From a virus: 13,122 nt of DNA. The DNA lies in UHGV virus genome UHGV-0105863; one strand, written 5' to 3'. Shown here piece after piece: positions 7,206-13,122 of the stretch. Position numbers and translations under genes: made by a program. Within the stretch, counting starts at the first letter, position 1, and every line of letters begins with the position of its first letter. The notes below the pieces were generated by a model. The model had not been told where the DNA came from. It worked only from the letters and a program-made list of their open reading frames with translations, and ran no database searches.

Positions 7206-7227
7206 TTCGCTTGGATGCGGCAAAGAA

Positions 7228-7303
7228 ATCAAAACAGTGAAGCCCCAACTGCTGGAACAGTTAGGGCTTCGGTATCGTAAAACCACGCATAGGAATTAAC
7301 GAC
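7228..7303 (-). ncRNA. sar: sar-like small antisense RNA covering the ant ribosome-binding site and start codon
   Basis: A minus-strand promoter sits just inside ant, with a predicted start near plus 7303. The minus-strand terminator is a hairpin GAAGCCC/GGGCTTC (7239-7270, with inner stem AACTG/CAGTT) followed on the minus strand by ACUGUUUUGAUUUCUUU. Predicted length of about 70-75 nt matches P22 sar (about 69 nt from memory). Confidence 0.5.
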
Positions 7304-8227
7304 ATGAAAAGTATAGCAACAGCAGTATCTACTATCAATGTACCATTCCACGGCGCAGAGCTTTATGTTGTCAATCACAACGGCGAACCGTATACCCCAA
7401 TGAAACCTATCGTTGAGGGAATGGGGCTAGACTGGAAATCTCAACATAAGAAGATTTCTCAACGCTTCTCGAAGGGTATGGTGGAAATCACCATACCTTC
7501 TGCCGGTGGGGTGCAAGCCATGATTTGTATGGCTTTACGAAAATTGGCAGCTTGGTTGAACAGCATCAGTCCTAACAAAGTCCGCCCTGAAATCCGCGAC
7601 AAGGTAATCCAGTATCAGGAAGAGTGTGACGATGTGCTCTACGAGTACTGGACTAAAGGCCATGTAGTTAACCCACGCAAAGCTAAAAAGGCGTTGCCGG
7701 GTAAAATCACCACTGAACAGCAGGAAGCCATTAAACAACTCGTCATGAGTCGCGGTCAGTCTCTGCCAAAAGAAAAACAGGCGAAGGCGATGATCACCAT
7801 GTGGTCGTCACTGAAATCCCATTTTGGATGTTCGTACAAAGAAATCAGTGATGAGCAGTTTACCGAAGCACTGTCACTTGCTGCTCGCGTTCCGCTTGAA
7901 GGTGAGTTCATTGGCAAACAAGAGAAGAAAACCAACGAGCTTTCTGCAAAAGAAGCAAACAGCCTTGTATGGCTATGGGATTATGCCAACCGCTCACAGG
8001 CATTATTCCGCGAATTGTATCCGGCGCTAAAACAAATTCAATCGAACTATTCCGGCAGATGTCATGACTGCGGTTATGAGTTCTCCCGTATTATCGATAT
8101 GGCGAGAGACGTTTTAATCAATCACACACGAGATGTTGATATCAATGAGCCAGACGGACCAACGAATCTTTCCGCATGGATGAGACTTAAGAATAAAGAA
8201 TTACCTCCTTCAGTACATAACTACTGA
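7304..8227 (+). CDS. ant: Ant-like antirepressor (307 aa)
   Basis: Lies directly downstream of arc, as in P22 immI. Size is close to P22 Ant (about 300 aa). The N-terminal region resembles the phage antirepressor N-domain by memory. AGGA lies 9 nt before the ATG. Confidence 0.75.
   Translation: MKSIATAVSTINVPFHGAELYVVNHNGEPYTPMKPIVEGMGLDWKSQHKKISQRFSKGMVEITIPSAGGVQAMICMALRKLAAWLNSISPNKVRPEIRDKVIQYQEECDDVLYEYWTKGHVVNPRKAKKALPGKITTEQQEAIKQLVMSRGQSLPKEKQAKAMITMWSSLKSHFGCSYKEISDEQFTEALSLAARVPLEGEFIGKQEKKTNELSAKEANSLVWLWDYANRSQALFRELYPALKQIQSNYSGRCHDCGYEFSRIIDMARDVLINHTRDVDINEPDGPTNLSAWMRLKNKELPPSVHNY
7310..7338 (-). promoter_or_regulatory. Psar-like promoter on minus strand: TTGATA, 17-bp spacer, TATACT
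   Basis: The -35 is the reverse complement of plus 7333-7338 and the -10 is the reverse complement of plus 7310-7315. It is near-consensus and fires leftward across the ant start codon at 7304. Confidence 0.5.
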
Positions 8228-8245
8228 CAGATAACCAACGCAACG

Positions 8246-8270
8246 ACCCAGCTTCGGCTGGGTTTTTTTA
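8246..8270 (+). terminator. Rho-independent terminator after ant
   Basis: ACCCAGC (8246-8252), TTCG tetraloop, GCTGGGT (8257-8263), followed by seven T. A textbook intrinsic terminator. Confidence 0.8.
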
Positions 8271-8327
8271 TGCCAAAAATTCACCGTAGCCATGCTGCGG
8301 CCATTCCTTGTATCTGGAGCAAATCAA

Positions 8328-10673
8328 ATGACAGATTCAATAAATGCCAATGTTGTAGTGAGTATGCCTTCGCAACTCTTCACTATGGCTCGTTCTTTTA
8401 AAGCTGTAGCCAATGGCAAAATTTATATCGGTAAAATTGACACTGACCCGGTAAACCCTGAAAACCAGATTCAGGTTTATGTAGAGAACGAAGACGGTTC
8501 TCACGTTCCTGTTTCGCAACCAATCATCATTAACGCTGCTGGATATCCGGTATATAACGGACAGATTGCCAAGTTCGTTACTGTGCAAGGGCATTCTATG
8601 GCTGTTTATGATGCGTATGGTGCTCAGCAGTTCTATTTTCCTAATGTGCTAAAGTATGATCCAGATCAGTTTAGGCAGCAGCTTGCAGTAGTTGATAGCA
8701 ATGTATTGATTTCTGGTGTTCCAGCAAAAGATGTTGTAAATGCCAAAACTGGACGAGCACCAGTAGTTATGACTCGAAAAGTTACAGACCTTCTTCTTGA
8801 TGGTAAGGCTGGGTTGCGTAAAAACTTTGGTGCTGTAGGCGATGGTAGTCATGACGATACACAGGCATTTAATGATCTGTGGGATGCGCTTATGGATCCG
8901 ACATATAAACGCCGCGCAATAGAAACAGACGAGGTTGGTCTGCCATTTATGATACAAAAAGGCCCAGCACTTCTAATTGAAAATGGAACGTTTATTTACA
9001 ATGGGCCTGGTCTCAATATTGAAACATCAGATTCATTTGTATTTAACATATCAGGTGAGAGCAGTATTTCAACAAAGATACTTTTACCAGATGGAGTATA
9101 CCTATTCGATTTCGATAATAACCCTGTTCATGCATATCTAGGGAATATGTCAATTCATGGTGGTAAAGGTGCTGTTCGATACAAATCAAAAGAACGATCA
9201 ACTAACAGCATTCACCTTTTCGAAAATCTTCGCCTGTCGAGATACAAGGAGTGTGGCATAGGGAATAATTCAATCGATATGCCGTATTTCCGAGTGAAGG
9301 GATGCATGTTATACGGGGACCCAGCAAGCCAGACTATTGGTATTTGTGTCTCTGGTTACTCTGCTGGCGGCTTCATTGAGGACTGTGTTATCAGCGACAA
9401 TAGATATAATATAAAACTGGCAGTTGGTGATAATGGCGTGGAGCGTAATGGCCCTGCAACGCCTTTCTATGTCTGCAGGAACGACATGTACCGCACGGGG
9501 CGACGAGCGCCATCAGCATCGTATGACATATGGATTGAGCCTGGTGCTACTACCATCAACTCTGGGAGAGGTATTCAGATAATCCAAAATAAATTTGGGC
9601 AAGAAAACCTAATCGCACCAGATACTCATGTTTTGATCGCAGATGCTGCCGCTACAGGGAGCGGGTTAAATCTCAATGGAGATCGCGCTCATATAGAAAC
9701 ACAGTCAGTTGGTTTTGTGTCTGGCTTACGTTTCGAGGGGAATAACGTAAACTCAGCTAATAGTGGATATATTGCCCCTTTCATTCGCTCATTTACGCCA
9801 AACCTTGGAAATAACAAAATAAATGACCTTTATGACAATGACATGCCAGCAAGAATCATAGAGTTCGCGGGTGGCATAACCCAAAGTCAAATGACTAACC
9901 TTTCACGTACCAACGTCTTTAGTGCAGCCCAATGCATTGCGCTTCAGAAGGGTGTTGAACCTAAGTTGTTATCTAACCTTAATGATGTCTTCCGGCTTGA
10001 GGATCCTTTGGGGTTCTACGTCGGGCATCCTCAAGCTCAGGTTTTACCGTCAGGTTCTCAGCAGATTGGATTTGAATTGATCTACTCTGGGCCGACGTCG
10101 ACGATTGGGGTGAGTAACGCAACAAGATTATCGGTAAATAACTCATATGGAGGGATATCGGAAGCAACTGAAATCACAATGACCGCTTCTGATGGCGTGG
10201 CAGTTGCCACTGTTGTTGGCGGACTTGCTGGTAGGAAGCACTGGATTGATTTCGAGCTTAAGCGCGGGACAACAAACCCTGTTGGTTCTGTTGTTGTGGA
10301 GATAATGGATGCTTCCGGGTCAGTTCTCCAACTTCGTCGTATTATTTTAATAGACACTTTTCCACGCTGGCAGAAAGTCGCCATTCCTTATGTTCCAAAT
10401 GAAGACGGTAATATTGTAGTCAAATTCAGATCTAATCTTTATTCGGCTGGAACGGCAACTAACTTTATTGTCGGAAATCTCAATGTTTACAGGAATGAGG
10501 AGCGAGTCAATACAGGGCATAACTCAGGATTGAGGATGCAATGGAATCTACAACATACCGTAAGAGGTACAAGACACGAGTGGTATGACGCGTCAGGTAA
10601 TTTACGCTCCAAAAATGGGGTGCCGAGTGGGGATGCCGATGGGGTAATCATTAGCGCTAACCCAACATTGTAA
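8328..10673 (+). CDS. Tailspike protein (781 aa): P22-type head-binding N-terminal domain fused to a right-handed beta-helix receptor-binding domain
   Basis: Start taken at ATG 8328 ([12 protein letters not shown]...) with GGAG 8 nt upstream; the ORF-track start at 8292 adds 12 residues absent from P22 gp9. The first ~115 residues (..[34 protein letters not shown]...[14 protein letters not shown]......VLKYDPDQ) match P22 gp9 from memory. Downstream is unrelated and contains [19 protein letters not shown], a typical pectate-lyase-fold motif. Confidence 0.9.
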   Translation: MTDSINANVVVSMPSQLFTMARSFKAVANGKIYIGKIDTDPVNPENQIQVYVENEDGSHVPVSQPIIINAAGYPVYNGQIAKFVTVQGHSMAVYDAYGAQQFYFPNVLKYDPDQFRQQLAVVDSNVLISGVPAKDVVNAKTGRAPVVMTRKVTDLLLDGKAGLRKNFGAVGDGSHDDTQAFNDLWDALMDPTYKRRAIETDEVGLPFMIQKGPALLIENGTFIYNGPGLNIETSDSFVFNISGESSISTKILLPDGVYLFDFDNNPVHAYLGNMSIHGGKGAVRYKSKERSTNSIHLFENLRLSRYKECGIGNNSIDMPYFRVKGCMLYGDPASQTIGICVSGYSAGGFIEDCVISDNRYNIKLAVGDNGVERNGPATPFYVCRNDMYRTGRRAPSASYDIWIEPGATTINSGRGIQIIQNKFGQENLIAPDTHVLIADAAATGSGLNLNGDRAHIETQSVGFVSGLRFEGNNVNSANSGYIAPFIRSFTPNLGNNKINDLYDNDMPARIIEFAGGITQSQMTNLSRTNVFSAAQCIALQKGVEPKLLSNLNDVFRLEDPLGFYVGHPQAQVLPSGSQQIGFELIYSGPTSTIGVSNATRLSVNNSYGGISEATEITMTASDGVAVATVVGGLAGRKHWIDFELKRGTTNPVGSVVVEIMDASGSVLQLRRIILIDTFPRWQKVAIPYVPNEDGNIVVKFRSNLYSAGTATNFIVGNLNVYRNEERVNTGHNSGLRMQWNLQHTVRGTRHEWYDASGNLRSKNGVPSGDADGVIISANPTL

Positions 10674-10736
10674 AAATTTGATCTTCGCATAGCTAGAAGT
10701 TACTGTATATAAAAACAGCATTGTGAGGTTATAGAC

Positions 10737-10976
10737 ATGATCAGACGCAACATAATTTCGGAGGCTTTCAGAGCCTCCATTTCTATAAATCCTAAAGGTT
10801 ATCAATACCTTTACACGCATTCTTTCATCTCCGAACTACAGAGGATGGGTATCAATTTCTCAGAAGAGGAGGCTAACAACTGGATATCGAGAGAGCAGAC
10901 TTACTTTGTTGACAAAACCACCGACCATAGCGAAAACCGCCTGTGGATGCTGGCCAATATGGGTAGGGTTCTCTGA
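10737..10976 (+). CDS. Hypothetical protein (79 aa) downstream of tailspike
   Basis: ATG with GAGG 9 nt upstream. No recognisable motif. Sits where P22 carries its conversion genes. Confidence 0.45.
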   Translation: MIRRNIISEAFRASISINPKGYQYLYTHSFISELQRMGINFSEEEANNWISREQTYFVDKTTDHSENRLWMLANMGRVL

Positions 10977-11905
10977 TGTGATTTCCATCACCGGCGTCCG
11001 ACTACGTCGAGCAGCTACTGTCCGTTAACTCGATATGCAATGTTGGTCCTAACACATTGTTGCTTGAAACCAGTGGTGGATATGCCGTGGTTGATGTCTC
11101 TCTGAAACTTAAGCAGAGATGTCAGGTGATGGTCTGCTATGAAGCACATAATCAGATAGCGAAGCTTATGGGGAAATCTTTGATAACGGAGGATGGAGAG
11201 GCGATCGAGGGAGAGGCCCTGGATGATGTCACCGTTGCCGTCGTGGTGACGCATATTATCGTGGATGTGAGAAGTGACAGCGTAGCAGTATAAGGCAGAC
11301 CCACAATCAGGGACTACCGATTTTGATTACTCCACCTTTTCATCAAGCCAATCTGCCCACCATTGCATCATTTCTCTGCATTTATCGTAGTTGATGCAAC
11401 ACTATCACACTGTAATAGCTTATTACTGGTTTGCAGACAGGTAGGCATGAACAGATACCTGCGCATGAAGACGGAACTAGTCCAGATGTGATATTTGTGG
11501 TGATCACATACATCATCAACGATGCTCGTTATGGTGAGTTTGATGACTACCCACTGAAGTGAAAATTGTGTTGTGTACCAAATTGCGTACCAAACTAAAA
11601 TCACAAATTATGAAACCCTTGTTCATGGCGGCTCTCAGGGGTGTTGCGCGTAATCGTGAAACAAAAAGGTAGATTGTTGCTTACCGTCATTCATCATTAG
11701 GTTAAATCCGTTATTTCTGCTGTCTGCCAGAGTATCAAATATCACCGTGCTAATCAGCTTTAGCGCGACAATTTGGCAGCGAGTGACAACAGATCATGTC
11801 AGATAAAAATGAGATAGTAGTCACATTTTCTTGCACTTTATTCCAGCCAGTTCATAAGTATTTCCGTAAAAAGAACAGCTATTTGAAACACCTGAGGGTT
11901 TGCTG

Positions 11906-13072
11906 TTGAAACGCCGTCTTATTATTGCTGCTTCTTTGTTCGTTTTTAATTTATCGTCTGGTTTTGCGGCGGAAAACATTCCTTTTTCACCTCAGCCTCC
12001 AGAGATTCATGCCGGGTCCTGGGTATTGATGGATTACACCACCGGTCAGATTCTCACTGCGGGTAATGAGCATCAACAGCGCAATCCCGCCAGCCTGACA
12101 AAGCTGATGACGGGCTATGTCGTGGATCGCGCTATCGATAGTCATCGCATTACGCCAGACGATATTGTCACCGTGGGGCGTGATGCGTGGGCGAAAGATA
12201 ATCCGGTGTTTGTCGGTTCTTCACTGATGTTTTTGAAAGAGGGCGATCGCGTATCGGTACGTGATTTAAGCCGAGGTTTAATTGTGGATTCCGGAAATGA
12301 CGCTTGTGTTGCTCTGGCTGACTATATTGCCGGTGGGCAACGGCAGTTTGTTGAAATGATGAACAACTATGCCGAGAAGCTGCATCTCAAGGATACGCAT
12401 TTTGAAACAGTGCATGGTCTGGATGCACCTGGCCAGCATAGCTCGGCTTATGATTTAGCCGTGCTTTCTCGCGCTATCATCCACGGCGAGCCCGAGTTTT
12501 ATCATATGTACAGTGAGAAAAGCCTCACCTGGAACGGTATCACCCAGCAAAACCGTAACGGGTTATTGTGGGATAAGACCATGAATGTTGACGGCCTGAA
12601 AACGGGCCATACTTCTGGTGCCGGGTTTAATCTTATTGCTTCGGCTGTAGACGGGCAGCGTCGCCTCATTGCAGTGGTAATGGGTGCTGACAGCGCAAAA
12701 GGTCGTGAGGAAGAGGCAAAAAAATTACTGCGTTGGGGGCAACAAAACTTTACTACGGTGCAAATTTTGCACCGTAGGAAAAAGGTCGGTACGGAACGCA
12801 TCTGGTATGGTGATAAAGAAAATATCGCCCTGGGAACGGAACAAGAGTTCTGGATGGTGCTACCGAAAGCCGAAATTCCACATATCAAAGCCAAATATAC
12901 CCTTGATGGTAAAGAGCTCACCGCGCCAATTAGCGCCCATCAGCGGGTAGGGGAAATTGAACTTTACGACCGTGATAAACAGGTGGCGCACTGGCCGCTG
13001 GTTACCCTGGAATCTGTCGGGGAAGGCAGCATGTTTTCTCGCCTGAGTGATTATTTCCACCATAAGGCCTGA
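11906..13072 (+). CDS. dacD: D-alanyl-D-alanine carboxypeptidase DacD (PBP6b), host chromosomal gene
   Basis: Start taken at TTG 11906 (MKRRLIIAASLFVFNLSSGFA signal peptide) with GAGGG 7 nt upstream, giving 388 aa; the ORF-track start at 11900 gives 390 aa. Contains the class A PBP motifs SLTK (SxxK), SGN and KTG. I recognise the sequence as enterobacterial DacD. Confidence 0.9.
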   Translation: MKRRLIIAASLFVFNLSSGFAAENIPFSPQPPEIHAGSWVLMDYTTGQILTAGNEHQQRNPASLTKLMTGYVVDRAIDSHRITPDDIVTVGRDAWAKDNPVFVGSSLMFLKEGDRVSVRDLSRGLIVDSGNDACVALADYIAGGQRQFVEMMNNYAEKLHLKDTHFETVHGLDAPGQHSSAYDLAVLSRAIIHGEPEFYHMYSEKSLTWNGITQQNRNGLLWDKTMNVDGLKTGHTSGAGFNLIASAVDGQRRLIAVVMGADSAKGREEEAKKLLRWGQQNFTTVQILHRRKKVGTERIWYGDKENIALGTEQEFWMVLPKAEIPHIKAKYTLDGKELTAPISAHQRVGEIELYDRDKQVAHWPLVTLESVGEGSMFSRLSDYFHHKA

Positions 13073-13122
13073 CCTTTCTTTTGCAGCAGACTGGCAGGAG
13101 TGCGAGTCTGCTCGCATAATCA

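Noticed and set aside
7535-8030. Small ORFs inside ant (7535-7738 minus, 7824-8030 plus)
   Set aside because: Nested within the ant coding sequence; no supporting signals.
8337-10820. Minus-strand ORFs inside or abutting the tailspike gene (8337-8594, 8649-8957, 9979-10167, 10082-10384, 10487-10690, 10602-10820)
   Set aside because: Antisense shadows of the 781-aa tailspike CDS. The last two also lack RBSs and overlap the 79-aa plus ORF's promoter region.
11015-11293. Mutually overlapping 79-aa minus and 78-aa plus ORFs
   Set aside because: They overlap each other on opposite strands. The plus ORF starts at TTG with no RBS, and its first in-frame ATG abuts AGGTG with zero spacing. No motifs. 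Treated as a non-coding or decayed junction region, though a degraded gene remnant cannot be excluded.
11368-11604. 78-aa minus-strand ORF in the junction
   Set aside because: No RBS, odd W/Y/C-rich composition, spans the repeat region. Probably spurious.
10674-11905. tRNA gene at the prophage end
   Set aside because: I scanned for T-loop-like GGTTCGAATCC or GTTCAAATC motifs and cloverleaf-sized structures and found none.
13085-13112. Hairpin AGCAGACT-n12-AGTCTGCT after dacD
   Set aside because: An 8-bp stem with a 12-nt loop and no downstream T-tract before the window ends. Cannot be called a terminator from what is visible.
12502-13117. ORFs overlapping dacD (12502-12921 minus, 12684-12950 plus, 12860-13117 minus)
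   Set aside because: Nested in or antisense to the confidently identified dacD gene.
1-13122. CRISPR array, insertion sequence, integrase or Chi sites
   Set aside because: No regularly spaced direct repeats, no transposase- or integrase-sized ORF, and no exact GCTGGTGG found by eye. The integrase is presumably at the other prophage end, outside the window.

Overview
This window is the right-hand end of a P22-like podovirus prophage and its junction with the host chromosome. All protein identities are from reading the translations and from remembered P22 gene order; no database search was run. From the start, the plus strand carries the tail needle (gp26-like), a gp14-like protein and the three ejection proteins (gp7-, gp20-, gp16-like), tightly packed with overlapping stop/start codons. 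Next comes a visibly AT-rich cargo island of about 1.7 kb (5223-6711), in the slot where P22 carries sieA. It holds six small genes on both strands: a 2-TM membrane protein, a 121-aa HExxH zincin-like protein, a YjzC-like protein, a signal-peptide protein with two Cys, a coiled-coil protein, and a 69-aa gene translationally coupled to mnt. This island is the best candidate for an undescribed exclusion or defence system. After it lies a complete immI-type switch: mnt (minus), divergent overlapping promoters with a palindrome and direct repeats, an intact 46-codon arc, a predicted sar-like antisense RNA over the ant start, and ant. A clean terminator follows, then a mosaic tailspike (conserved P22-type head-binding N-terminus joined to a different beta-helix receptor domain), one small ORF, a gene-poor junction of about 0.9 kb with repeats, and host dacD. 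I found no tRNA, rRNA, CRISPR array, integrase or transposase in the window.
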